A stretch of 64,000 nt of DNA from Parcubacteria group bacterium (GCA_041664225.1 JBAYLE010000001.1:4939-68938); one strand, 5' to 3'; numbered from the stretch's first letter, positions 46,579 through 56,007 are shown. Made by a program: numbers and translations. The notes: a model not told the origin generated them from the letters alone.

Positions 46579-47031
46579 ATGAATTGTCCTTTTTGCAATA
46601 ATAGCGAAACCAAAGTAGTTGATTCGCGAGATACCAATGAAGGCAAAATTACACGCCGAAGACGCGAATGTATCGAGTGCAATGCCCGATTCAGCACCTA
46701 TGAAGAAGTAGAACTTTTACGTTTGGCAGTTTTGAAGAAGAACGGCGAAAAAGTTGATTATGATAAAAGCAAGGTAGAGACCGGAGTCAGGCGAGCCTTA
46801 GTCAAACGACCGGTGACGCAGGAGCGGGTGGCTAAACTCTTGGGAGACATTGAGTATGAGATCCATGCCCTTGAAAAACCGGAAGTAACGACGCGGGAAA
46901 TCGGCAAGATTGTTCTCAAAAAGCTGAAAGAACTGGACGAGGTGGCGTATGTGAGGTTTGCCAGTGTGTACAAATCATTCGGAAGCGTAGAAAGTTTCAA
47001 AAAAGAACTGGATATGCTGGAAGATAAATAA
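46579..47031 (+). CDS. nrdR: Transcriptional repressor NrdR
   Basis: Zn ribbon MNCPFCNNSETKVVDSR...CIECNARF followed by an ATP-cone. Confidence 0.9.
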   Translation: MNCPFCNNSETKVVDSRDTNEGKITRRRRECIECNARFSTYEEVELLRLAVLKKNGEKVDYDKSKVETGVRRALVKRPVTQERVAKLLGDIEYEIHALEKPEVTTREIGKIVLKKLKELDEVAYVRFASVYKSFGSVESFKKELDMLEDK

Positions 47032-47090
47032 AGTTAAATTAATATTTTTTTTAATACTTTAATTAGTTTCATCGGAGAGGGGGTCTCTGA

Positions 47091-49286
47091 ATGAATGGAA
47101 AGATTATGGCGAAAACAAAAACGAAAAAAAGGGGAGTAAAAAAAGAAACACAAGAAAAGAAAAGCGTGAAAAAGGTTTCCGCAAAAAGGGAAACAAAAAA
47201 AACAGAGGAAAACAGGGTTACTAAGGTTATCAAGCGAAGCGGAAACGTGGTCAATCTTGATCCGGCGAAAATTGTTAAAGCAGTGAGCAAGGCCTTTTTA
47301 GCAACCGGCGAAGGCAGTCTCAAGGATGCGGAGAAAGTTTCCCAGAAAGTCGTTCAGCTTTTGAATAAAAATTACAAAAAGGGCTATCTTCCGGAAATTG
47401 AAGAAATCCAGGACCTCGTGGAAAGAGTTTTAATGATCTTGGATTTTGAAGAAACCGCCAAATCCTATATCTTGTACCGTGAACAGCATCGAAAAATTCG
47501 TGAAACAGAGGAGTCGCTGAAAGAAGCCGTTGACTTGGTGGATAAATATATCCAGGAAATTGACTGGAAGGTCAAAGAGAACGCCAATATGGCATATTCA
47601 CTGCAAGGACTTAACAATTATATTTCTTCCATCGTCAGCTCGAAGTATTGGATGAATCGCGTTTATACGAAAGAGATCCGCGAGGCGCACGAAGGCGGTG
47701 ATTTTCATATCCATGATTTGCAATTGGTAGCGGCTTATTGTTGCGGTTGGGATCTGCAAGATCTTATCCGCCGCGGATTTACCGGCGTTCCGGGCAAAGT
47801 CGCTTGCAAACCAGCCAAACATCTGGGATCAATTTTGGGGCAGATGGTTAATTTTATTTATACGCTTCAGGGAGAAGTGGCTGGCGCGCAGGCTTTCTCC
47901 AATTTCGATACCCTGCTGGCGCCATTTGTCCGGTGCGATAATTTGACTTACGAAAAAGTAAAACAAGAAATTCAGTCATTTGTTTTTAACATGAATGTTT
48001 CCACGCGCGTCGGATTTCAAACCCCTTTTTCCAACATCACCATGGACATCACCGCACCCAAAACTTTGGCAAAAGAAGCGGTGATTATCGGCGGCGTGCC
48101 GCAAAAAGAAACTTACGCGGACTTTCAGGAAGAAATGAATATGATCAATCGGGCTTTTGCCGAAGTTATGACGGAAGGCGACGCCAGCGGAAGAATTTTT
48201 ACTTTTCCGATTCCGACTTATAATATCGACAAAAACTTCAATTGGGCGGATGAAAAATTCAATGCTATCTGGGAGATGACGGCTAAATATGGCATTCCGT
48301 ATTTTGCCAACTTTATCAATTCCGATATGGATCCGGACGACGCGCGCAGTATGTGCTGTCGGCTGCGTCTGGATAATCGCGAGCTGCATAAGCGGGGCGG
48401 TGGACTCTTTGGCGCAAATCCCCTGACTGGATCAATTGGAGTCGTTACGATCAATATGCCGCGATTGGGATACGTAGCTAAGAATAAAAAAGATTTTTTT
48501 CAGCGCCTGGATAAGCTTATGGATATCGCCAAGGAAAGCCTGGAGGTTAAAAGAAAAATGGTGGAAAATATGACAGAGAAAGGTCTTTATCCATACACCA
48601 AAGTTTATTTAGATTCCATTAAGATGCGGCGCGGAGAATATTGGGCCAATCATTTTTCTACGATAGGCTTGATCGGGATGAATGAAGCTTTAATAAATTT
48701 GCTCGGAAAAGATATTTCTACCAAAGAAGGGCAAAAGTTCGCGGAAGAGGTGTTGGTGCATATGCGGGATCGAATGGTTAAATATCAAAAAGAGATGGGC
48801 AATATGTACAATCTTGAAGCTACGCCAGGAGAAGGGATTACACATCGTTTGGCGGGTATTGATAGAAAGAAATTTTCAGACATGGTTTTTGCCAACGACA
48901 AGGCGGTCAAAGCGGAAGGCGCAATCCCATATTACACAAATTCTTCCCAATTGCCGGTTTATTTTACGGATGATATTTTTGGTGCCCTTGATCTGCAGGA
49001 AAAATTGCAGACTAAATATACCGGAGGAACCGTGTTGCATGGATTTCTGGGAGAGCGCTTGTGGGATATCGAAACTACAAAGAATCTGGTCAGAAAAATC
49101 GCTGAAAATTATTCGTTGCCCTATTTTACTCTGACACCCACTTTCAGTATTTGCCCGGTACACGGTTATTTAAAAGGGGAGCACACGACTTGTCCCAAGT
49201 GCGTAATCGAACAAAAAACTGAAGTTTTTTTGAAGGTAGGAGAGGAAGAGCTTAGGGAAAAACAAGAAAAAATAATAAAAAAATAA
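47091..49286 (+). CDS. nrdD: Anaerobic (class III) ribonucleoside-triphosphate reductase with a degenerate C-terminal glycyl-radical tail
   Basis: ATP-cone, NrdD core, and the first Zn cluster FSICPVHGYLKGEHTTCPKC. After that the tail (KTEVFLKVGEEEL) lacks the RVxGY motif. The N-terminal extension is Lys-rich. Confidence 0.8.
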   Translation: MNGKIMAKTKTKKRGVKKETQEKKSVKKVSAKRETKKTEENRVTKVIKRSGNVVNLDPAKIVKAVSKAFLATGEGSLKDAEKVSQKVVQLLNKNYKKGYLPEIEEIQDLVERVLMILDFEETAKSYILYREQHRKIRETEESLKEAVDLVDKYIQEIDWKVKENANMAYSLQGLNNYISSIVSSKYWMNRVYTKEIREAHEGGDFHIHDLQLVAAYCCGWDLQDLIRRGFTGVPGKVACKPAKHLGSILGQMVNFIYTLQGEVAGAQAFSNFDTLLAPFVRCDNLTYEKVKQEIQSFVFNMNVSTRVGFQTPFSNITMDITAPKTLAKEAVIIGGVPQKETYADFQEEMNMINRAFAEVMTEGDASGRIFTFPIPTYNIDKNFNWADEKFNAIWEMTAKYGIPYFANFINSDMDPDDARSMCCRLRLDNRELHKRGGGLFGANPLTGSIGVVTINMPRLGYVAKNKKDFFQRLDKLMDIAKESLEVKRKMVENMTEKGLYPYTKVYLDSIKMRRGEYWANHFSTIGLIGMNEALINLLGKDISTKEGQKFAEEVLVHMRDRMVKYQKEMGNMYNLEATPGEGITHRLAGIDRKKFSDMVFANDKAVKAEGAIPYYTNSSQLPVYFTDDIFGALDLQEKLQTKYTGGTVLHGFLGERLWDIETTKNLVRKIAENYSLPYFTLTPTFSICPVHGYLKGEHTTCPKCVIEQKTEVFLKVGEEELREKQEKIIKK

Positions 49287-49310
49287 AAATAATAATTAAC
49301 CAAAAAAACT

Positions 49311-49610
49311 ATGAAAAAGCTTGTGTGCCACGATTGCGGCAAAACATTGGAAAAGGGGAGCGAATATGTCCTGTATGAAGTGGTATCAGACAAATTTATC
49401 AAATGTAAAGAGTGCTATAAAAAAGACCCGGTGTTGAAAAATTTCAAAAAAGCCGAAGTTTATTCCCGCGTAGTTGGTTATATACGCCCTGTGGAGCAAT
49501 GGAATGGCGCCAAGCAGGCCGAATTCGGCGACAGAAAAGAATATTGTGTGGGTTGTGCTCCCAAGAAGAAGACGATGAAAAAGATAGCCAAAAGGAAAGG
49601 AGAAAAATAG
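49311..49610 (+). CDS. Stand-alone Zn-ribbon plus glycyl-radical domain protein matching the NrdD C-terminus
   Basis: CHDC...CKEC Zn ribbon followed by AEVYSRVVGYIRPVEQWNGAKQAEFGDRKEY, which is the NrdD glycyl-radical signature. Confidence 0.75.
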   Translation: MKKLVCHDCGKTLEKGSEYVLYEVVSDKFIKCKECYKKDPVLKNFKKAEVYSRVVGYIRPVEQWNGAKQAEFGDRKEYCVGCAPKKKTMKKIAKRKGEK

Positions 49611-49682
49611 GGCATTTATAAAAAGATAGCGGGGCGACTTTGATTTTTAAAATCAGGTCGCCCTGATTATTAAAAATTAGTT

Positions 49683-50375
49683 ATGATACTCGGAGGATAT
49701 CAAAAGTTAACTTTAATAGACTATCCCGGTAAGATAGCAGCCACAGTTTTTACTGTCGGTTGCAGTTTTCGCTGTCCGTTTTGCCATAATCCGGAATTGG
49801 TCAATCTGCGTTTGGCGCATGATGAGAAATCAGAAAAAGAATTTTTTGAATTTCTGAAAAAGCGCAAGGGAAAAATCGAAGGAGTCTGCATTACCGGCGG
49901 CGAACCGACTATACAGCCGGACCTGATCGATTTTATCAAAAAAATAAGAAAGTTGGGATTTTTGGTGAAACTAGATACTAATGGCAGTCGTCCGGATGTT
50001 TTGAAAAAACTGTTGGACGCAAAGCTTCTTGATTTTGTGGCGATGGATATAAAAAACAGTCTGAAAAGATATAACAAAACAATCGGGAATAAGGTCGACA
50101 CGGACCGGATCAAGTTGAGTGTTGATCTGATCAAAAATAGCCGGTTGCCATATGAGTTCAGAACCACAGTTGTTCCCGGAATTCACACCGAAAAAGATTT
50201 CGAAGAAATTACCAAATGGATCAAGGGTGCCAAAAGTTATTATCTCCAGGAGTATCGCGAAATAAAAATCTTAGATCCTAAATTAAAGAAGAAAACTAAA
50301 GGCAAAAAAATAGATCTGGAAAAAATTAAGAAAAAAATAGAAAATAATTTTGATAAAATGGGAATACGCAGATGA
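49683..50375 (+). CDS. nrdG: Class III RNR activating enzyme (radical SAM)
   Basis: CSFRCPFCHNPEL. Confidence 0.85.
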   Translation: MILGGYQKLTLIDYPGKIAATVFTVGCSFRCPFCHNPELVNLRLAHDEKSEKEFFEFLKKRKGKIEGVCITGGEPTIQPDLIDFIKKIRKLGFLVKLDTNGSRPDVLKKLLDAKLLDFVAMDIKNSLKRYNKTIGNKVDTDRIKLSVDLIKNSRLPYEFRTTVVPGIHTEKDFEEITKWIKGAKSYYLQEYREIKILDPKLKKKTKGKKIDLEKIKKKIENNFDKMGIRR

Positions 50376-50593
50376 GAATTTATGTAAAAGTTTCGCCTCG
50401 TTCTTCTAAAAACGAAGTCACTCGAGTTTCCGAGGGAGAATATAAGGTGAAACTGACTGCTCCGCCAGTTGACGGACAAGCCAATGATATGCTAATCAAA
50501 ATTTTGGCTGAATACTTTGACGTCGCCAAGAGTTGCGTAAAAATAGTCGGTGGCAAGTCAGCGAAAACAAAAATAATAGAAGTATCTGGGTGA
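50372..50593 (+). CDS. DUF167/YggU family protein
   Basis: MRIYVKVSPRSSKNEV...LTAPPVDGQAN. Confidence 0.7.
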   Translation: MRIYVKVSPRSSKNEVTRVSEGEYKVKLTAPPVDGQANDMLIKILAEYFDVAKSCVKIVGGKSAKTKIIEVSG

Positions 50594-52143
50594 ATAAATC
50601 GAAAATTTTTCTCATTTTGTCGTTGAGTTTTATTGGGGGGATTTTTTTACGGTCATTTTTTGATATCAATGTTTACATTGTTTATTTTTTAGCAATTCTG
50701 GCTGTAATAGTCGTCAGTGTTTTTTACCCCCACACCAATTCCAAAGATCCAAAAAAAGCTTCTGATAAAAATACAGGCAATATCAGTGATGAAATTGGTG
50801 TGGGGGTGAATAAAAATAAAATAATTTTAGTTTCGGGATGCGCAATCCTGTTTTTTGTTTTTGGTATTTGGCTGGTGGGAGAAAAACTTTCGGAAACAAA
50901 AAATATAAATCAGAAAGTGAGAGTCTTTTCAGGCGAAGCCTTGATTGCCAAAGAACCCGTTATAAAAGACAATTACCAGCAAATTGTGGTGGAAATATTA
51001 CTTAAAAGCGAAGCTCCTAAGTCGAAAGTTTTGATAAATGTCGGAAAATATCCGGAATATTTTTATGGCGATAAAATAAAGCTTGGTTGCAATTTGGAGA
51101 TGCCGCAAAATTACGAGGATGGTTTTGACTATCGGATGTATCTGGCCAAGGATAGAATTTTTTATGTTTGCAAAAGCGCAAAATTAGAGCTAATAGAGCA
51201 TGACCAGGGTAATAAACTTTATGCTGGAATTTTAAAACTAAAAAATAATTTTAATAAAAATATCAACCAGCTGATTCCATTTCCCGAATCTGGACTGATG
51301 AGCGGGCTGATTTTGGGCGGCAGTTCCGGGTTGCCAAAAGAGTTGCAAAACAATTTTTCGCGTACGGGGCTTACGCACATCGTGGCTGTTTCCGGGTATA
51401 ATGTTACGATTCTAGCGGAATATCTGATCTGGTTTTTTATTTTTATCGGGCTATGGAGAAAACAGGCTTTCTGGTTTGCCATCTCGGGAATTTTTCTTTT
51501 TGTCCTGATGACCGGCCTGCCATCTTCGGCGGTGCGGGCGGGAGTGATGGGTTCGCTTTTGCTTTGGGCGATGAAAAACGGGCGGCTGGCTAATTCGCGA
51601 AATGCGATTGTTTTTGCGGCAGCGGTGATGTTGGTTTTGAATCCATTGGCACTGCGCTGGGATATCGGATTTCAGCTTTCATTTCTAGCGACGCTCGGAA
51701 TAATTTATTTGTTTCCACTGTTTGAAGAAAAATTAAACAGAAATGGCAAAATGTTCTGGCTGTGGGAAATTCTATTTTTGTCTCTCTCTGCGCAAATTTT
51801 TGTGCTACCAATAATTTTGTATAATTTCCATAATTTATCACTTATTGCTCTTTTAGCTAATATTTTGATTTTGCCGATCATTCCACTGACGATGCTATTG
51901 GGATTTCTCATGGCAATGACTAATTTTATTTTTGCGCCTCTGGCAACGGTGCTGGCTTGGTTGACATTCTTGCCGCTCAAATACGAAACGACAGTTGTCA
52001 ACATTTTGGCTAGCTTTAATTTTTCCGCGGTAGAAATTAAAAATTTTCCATGGTGGGGAGTTGCGGTTTGGTATATAATAATCTTACTTTCTTTGTTCGC
52101 AAAGAAAGTAACAAAGAAACTCTCGAGCAGGCTCATAAATTGA
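50590..52143 (+). CDS. comEC: ComEC/Rec2 competence channel, membrane domain only
   Basis: GLTHIVAVSGYNVTILAEY and more than 10 TM helices. GTG at 50590 overlaps the yggU stop. The alternative TTG start at 50533 is the one listed by the ORF finder. Confidence 0.7.
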   Translation: MNKSKIFLILSLSFIGGIFLRSFFDINVYIVYFLAILAVIVVSVFYPHTNSKDPKKASDKNTGNISDEIGVGVNKNKIILVSGCAILFFVFGIWLVGEKLSETKNINQKVRVFSGEALIAKEPVIKDNYQQIVVEILLKSEAPKSKVLINVGKYPEYFYGDKIKLGCNLEMPQNYEDGFDYRMYLAKDRIFYVCKSAKLELIEHDQGNKLYAGILKLKNNFNKNINQLIPFPESGLMSGLILGGSSGLPKELQNNFSRTGLTHIVAVSGYNVTILAEYLIWFFIFIGLWRKQAFWFAISGIFLFVLMTGLPSSAVRAGVMGSLLLWAMKNGRLANSRNAIVFAAAVMLVLNPLALRWDIGFQLSFLATLGIIYLFPLFEEKLNRNGKMFWLWEILFLSLSAQIFVLPIILYNFHNLSLIALLANILILPIIPLTMLLGFLMAMTNFIFAPLATVLAWLTFLPLKYETTVVNILASFNFSAVEIKNFPWWGVAVWYIIILLSLFAKKVTKKLSSRLIN

Positions 52144-52344
52144 CAAATTCTCGTCTCGCTGGCTAAAAGTTCACGGCTGCTTCCGAGGCGGAATCAAGGA
52201 ACTTTTTTAACGCCAGCTTCGCCGGAATTTGTGACAATTTATTTCGCAATGCTCGAAAAATTATGTCTAACTTTTTTAAACACTCAAGAACCTCAATTTG
52301 TAATAGTAAATTAGCTAGGTTGGATATAGTCTAAATTTTTAAAA

Positions 52345-53208
52345 ATGCGCAATAGAAAAACAACTTACATATTTCTTTTGGCTTTATTGGTTTTGGCGTC
52401 AATTTTGGCCGGAGTTATTTTTGTCCAAAAATCGCGAGAGTTGAAAATAATTTTTTTGGATGTCGGGCAGGGTGACGCGATTTTGATCGAACAAGGCTCA
52501 AAGCAAATTCTGATTGACGGCGGGCCGAGCGGGCAAGCGCTTTTGGAAAAATTAGGCAAACTTGTTCCCTTTTGGGATAGAAACATTGAAATGATCATCG
52601 TGACTCATCCGGATGCTGATCACATCACTGGTTTGGTGGATGTGATGCAAAATTATAATATTGGAATAGTCATGCAGACCAATGGCACAAGCGATTCGCA
52701 AATTTTCAAAAAATTTGAAGATTTGATCCGAATGAAAAAAATCGAAACGATCGAAGCGCAAAGAGGAGAAAAAATAAACTTAGCGGAAAATACCGAGATA
52801 GAAATTTTAAATCCTAGTCTGGAAACTCCGATTAGCGCTGAGGACACAAACGCAAGCAGCGTAGTTGCTCGTTTAATTTTTGGAGAGAATACATTTTTAT
52901 TCACAGGCGATTTGCCGGTTGAGCAAGAAGCAGAGCTGATAAATAAAAATATAAATTTAGCCGCGAAGGTGCTTAAGATTGCCCATCATGGCTCAAAATA
53001 TTCCACCAGCAGAGAATTTTTGCAGGCTGTTAATTCGGAGGACGCGGTAATTTCTGTTGGTAAAAATAATCGCTATGGCCATCCGGCGGCTGAAACGATC
53101 GAAAGGCTCAAAAATAAAAGCATAAGAATTTTGAGGACTGATGAGATGGGGGACATTGAATACGCGTGTGCGAATCCTGTTGCAAAATGCACTGTTGTTG
53201 CCAACTGA
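52345..53208 (+). CDS. ComEC C-terminal metallo-beta-lactamase domain as a separate ORF
   Basis: IFLDVGQGDAILIE and HPDADHITG. Confidence 0.75.
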   Translation: MRNRKTTYIFLLALLVLASILAGVIFVQKSRELKIIFLDVGQGDAILIEQGSKQILIDGGPSGQALLEKLGKLVPFWDRNIEMIIVTHPDADHITGLVDVMQNYNIGIVMQTNGTSDSQIFKKFEDLIRMKKIETIEAQRGEKINLAENTEIEILNPSLETPISAEDTNASSVVARLIFGENTFLFTGDLPVEQEAELINKNINLAAKVLKIAHHGSKYSTSREFLQAVNSEDAVISVGKNNRYGHPAAETIERLKNKSIRILRTDEMGDIEYACANPVAKCTVVAN

Positions 53209-53281
53209 TTTTTTTTGTGATAGCATAATTTGTGTAATACCTCGCGAGGGGTTTTTAATTAATATTTTTTAAAGTAAAAAT

Positions 53282-54361
53282 ATGAAATACGAAAAAGATT
53301 TTCCGGTTTTCAAGACTAAAGTCGAAGGGCTGGATAAAAAATTTGATTTATCAGATTTGAGCGGGAGACAGGAATATTTTCAGGCTAAGGCTGGAGATGA
53401 AATTGCCAAGTTAAAGAAATTTTTTGATGAAGGCAACACTTTCATTGCTTATCTTTTAGGCAAGAAAAACGCAGGCAAGGGGACTTATACAAAGTTACTG
53501 ATGGAAATATTTGGCAAGGATAAAATCGCGCACATTTCAGTGGGTGATGTTGTCAGAGATATCCACGCGGCCATGGAAGATCCGGAGGAAAAGAAAGCCC
53601 TGATAGAATATATGAATAAAAATTATAGAGGCTATATTTCTGTCGAGAATGGCATTAACGCGCTTTTGGACAGGGATCAAAAAACGCTTTTGCCCAATGA
53701 ATTCATAATGGCCTTAGTAAAAAGGGAAATCAGCAAGGCTGGCAAAAAAGCAGTCTTTCTTGACGGATTTCCGAGAAATTTGGATCAAGTTTCTTATGCT
53801 TTGTTTTTCAAAGAGCTGGTTGATTTCAGAGAAGACCCGGATATTTTTGTGGCTATTGATATTCCAGAGGCGGTTATTGATGAACGCATGAAGTTCAGAG
53901 TTGTTTGTCCAATTTGCCATACTCCGAGAAATTTAAAACTTTTTTCGACCAAGGAAGTTGGTTATGATGAAACTGCCAAGAAATTTTTTCTAAAATGTGA
54001 CAACCCGGAATGCAAGGGGGCTGCGATGAGCGGCAAAGAAGGTGATAATATGGGCATTGAATCAATTCGCGACAGGCTCGAGCTGGATGAAAAATTGATT
54101 AATAAAATTTTCACATTGCACGGAGTTTCAAAGATTCTGCTTAGAAATGCTGTTCCTGTGGCTGTAGCTAAGGATACGGTTGATGAATATGAAATCACTC
54201 CGGCTTACAGTTATGAATATGATGAAAATGCAAAGACAGTGAAGACCATTGAATCCCCATTTGCGGTGAAAGATGATGAGGGCGTGGAAGTGTATAGTCT
54301 TTTAGCGCCTCCGGTTGTTGTTTCGTTTGTAAAACAATTGGCCAAGGCATTGGGACTGTAG
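53282..54361 (+). CDS. Adenylate-kinase-family protein with N- and C-terminal extensions
   Basis: P-loop GKKNAGKGT. NMP-binding ISVGDVVRD. LDGFPRN. Zn-LID VCPICH...C..PEC. Confidence 0.55.
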   Translation: MKYEKDFPVFKTKVEGLDKKFDLSDLSGRQEYFQAKAGDEIAKLKKFFDEGNTFIAYLLGKKNAGKGTYTKLLMEIFGKDKIAHISVGDVVRDIHAAMEDPEEKKALIEYMNKNYRGYISVENGINALLDRDQKTLLPNEFIMALVKREISKAGKKAVFLDGFPRNLDQVSYALFFKELVDFREDPDIFVAIDIPEAVIDERMKFRVVCPICHTPRNLKLFSTKEVGYDETAKKFFLKCDNPECKGAAMSGKEGDNMGIESIRDRLELDEKLINKIFTLHGVSKILLRNAVPVAVAKDTVDEYEITPAYSYEYDENAKTVKTIESPFAVKDDEGVEVYSLLAPPVVVSFVKQLAKALGL

Positions 54362-54392
54362 GTTCTGGCGAAATCATGGAATAAATATCGGC

Positions 54393-54401
54393 TTATCCAC
54401 A
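54393..54401 (+). promoter_or_regulatory. Perfect DnaA-box 9-mer TTATCCACA
   Basis: cggcttatccacaatc. Confidence 0.35.
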
Positions 54402-54414
54402 ATCTGTTCTCGAC

Positions 54415-54448
54415 AAAAAATCCTCTTCTTCAGAGGATTTTTCTTTTT
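54415..54448. terminator. Bidirectional rho-independent terminator (A6 aaatcctct/agaggattt T-run) serving the + strand kinase gene and rpmB on the - strand
   Basis: aaaaaatcctcttcttcagaggatttttcttttt. Confidence 0.7.
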
Positions 54449-54459
54449 ACGGAAGATTG

Positions 54460-54627
54460 TTATTTGGACATCGTTTTGACACAGCGGGTGCAGACCTTCT
54501 TTTTCACGCCATCAACCTTTTTGGTTTGCAGATTAATACTGAATTTTCGAAGAGATTTAACATTGGAATGGCTGACCTTGTGTCCGGACTGCGCGCCGCG
54601 GCCGCAAATAGAACATACTTTACTCAT
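54460..54627 (-). CDS. rpmB: 50S ribosomal protein L28 (55 aa; absent from the supplied ORF list because it is under 60 aa)
   Basis: The reverse complement translates to MSKVCSICGRGAQSGHKVSHSNVKSLRKFSINLQTKKVDGVKKKVCTRCVKTMSK. This matches the L28 pattern MSKVCxxCG...SHSNxKTKRRFxxNLQ. Confidence 0.75.
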   Translation of the reverse strand: MSKVCSICGRGAQSGHKVSHSNVKSLRKFSINLQTKKVDGVKKKVCTRCVKTMSK

Positions 54628-54715
54628 AATGAATGTTGATTTATAGTTGCTTAGTGACAGAGTTTAGGTTATCATAGGAACAAAGTTTTGGCAAATAAAT
54701 AACTAGGCGAAAATC

Positions 54716-55408
54716 ATGCAAGAAGCAATTCTAATTATATTTTACGTAATCATTCTTCTTTATTCGGTCATAATCCACGAAGTGGCGCATGGCGTCATGG
54801 CTTTATGGCTAGGGGACCCCACGGCCAAATATGCCGGCCGCTTGACGGCCAATCCATTAAAGCATATTGATCCGTGGATGACGATTATGGCGCCGATTTT
54901 ACTGTTAGTTATGAGTGGCGGGCGTTTTGCGTTCGGAGGGGCCAAGCCAGTGCCGTATAATCCATATAATTTGAAAAATCAAAAATGGGGTCCAACACTC
55001 GTGGCTTTTGCCGGACCGCTTACAAATATTTTAATTGCTGTGGTTTTTGCGATCGCGGCCAGATTGATCAGTTTGCCGATGGCGGCGAAAATAGACATAA
55101 TTTCCAATTTCAATGATTGGGGCGCAATCGCCCAAGTAATTTCAGGATCGGCTCCCTCGATTATGTTTGAACTTTGCGTCATGGTAATTTTTTGGAATGT
55201 CTTGCTGGCCTTTTTCAATTTAATACCGATTCCGCCCTTAGATGGTTCCAAACTGCTATTTGCCGTTTTGCCGATCAAAATTGAGACGATGGCTATTCTT
55301 GAGCAATTTGGCTTTGTTATTTTACTTCTTGCGATTGTCTTTTTTTCCGGTCCATTGGGATATTTCTTGAATTTTATGCTCAATCTCTTTTTGGGTATTA
55401 CAATATGA
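54716..55408 (+). CDS. M50 family site-2 protease-like membrane metalloprotease
   Basis: HEVAHG (HExxH) within a TM helix, plus a downstream D. Confidence 0.7.
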   Translation: MQEAILIIFYVIILLYSVIIHEVAHGVMALWLGDPTAKYAGRLTANPLKHIDPWMTIMAPILLLVMSGGRFAFGGAKPVPYNPYNLKNQKWGPTLVAFAGPLTNILIAVVFAIAARLISLPMAAKIDIISNFNDWGAIAQVISGSAPSIMFELCVMVIFWNVLLAFFNLIPIPPLDGSKLLFAVLPIKIETMAILEQFGFVILLLAIVFFSGPLGYFLNFMLNLFLGITI

Positions 55409-55530
55409 TAAGGGGCAGTATTGACACTTGTTAGAATATCGTATATTATTATTTTGCTAGTAAGTAACCACTAATTGATAACTAATTAAGGCGAATTAAA
55501 GCTAATTAAAATTAGCACAAAGGAAGTTGC

Positions 55531-55560
55531 AATTCGCTCGCAATTAGCGAATTTTTATTT
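55531..55560 (+). promoter_or_regulatory. Perfect 8-bp hairpin plus U-run placed between an AGGAAG SD-like element and the rpsL AUG
   Basis: aattcgctcgcaattagcgaatttttatttt, with the ATG at 55562. Confidence 0.5.
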
Positions 55561-55561
55561 T

Positions 55562-55981
55562 ATGCCGACAATCAATCAACTTAAGAGAAAATCAAGAAAA
55601 TCAACCGGGAAAAAGAGCAAGTCCCCGGCTTTTAAGCATGTTTTCAATACTTTGAAAAATAGGCCGACGAAATCAGACGGACCGTTCAAACGCGGAGTTT
55701 GTTTGAAAGTAAGCACAACGACTCCGAAGAAACCGAACTCGGCGCTACGAAAAATTGCGAGGGTACGACTTACAAATGGTATGGAGGTAACCGCATACAT
55801 TCCAGGTATTGGCCATAATTTACAAGAGCACTCCATTGTTATGATCAGGGGCGGGAGAGTAAAGGATCTTCCGGGTGTGCGTTACCACGTTGTCCGCGGC
55901 GTTCTTGACAGTGCGGGGGTTGCCAATCGAAAACGCGGCCGCAGCAAGTATGGGGCTAAGCGGGAAAAAGCTAAAGAATAA
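55562..55981 (+). CDS. rpsL: 30S ribosomal protein S12 (with a short N-terminal insertion)
   Basis: PTINQL...[31 protein letters not shown]...[13 protein letters not shown]. Confidence 0.9.
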   Translation: MPTINQLKRKSRKSTGKKSKSPAFKHVFNTLKNRPTKSDGPFKRGVCLKVSTTTPKKPNSALRKIARVRLTNGMEVTAYIPGIGHNLQEHSIVMIRGGRVKDLPGVRYHVVRGVLDSAGVANRKRGRSKYGAKREKAKE

Positions 55982-56007
55982 TAAAGAGTTAAAGATTTTA
56001 TAAAATT

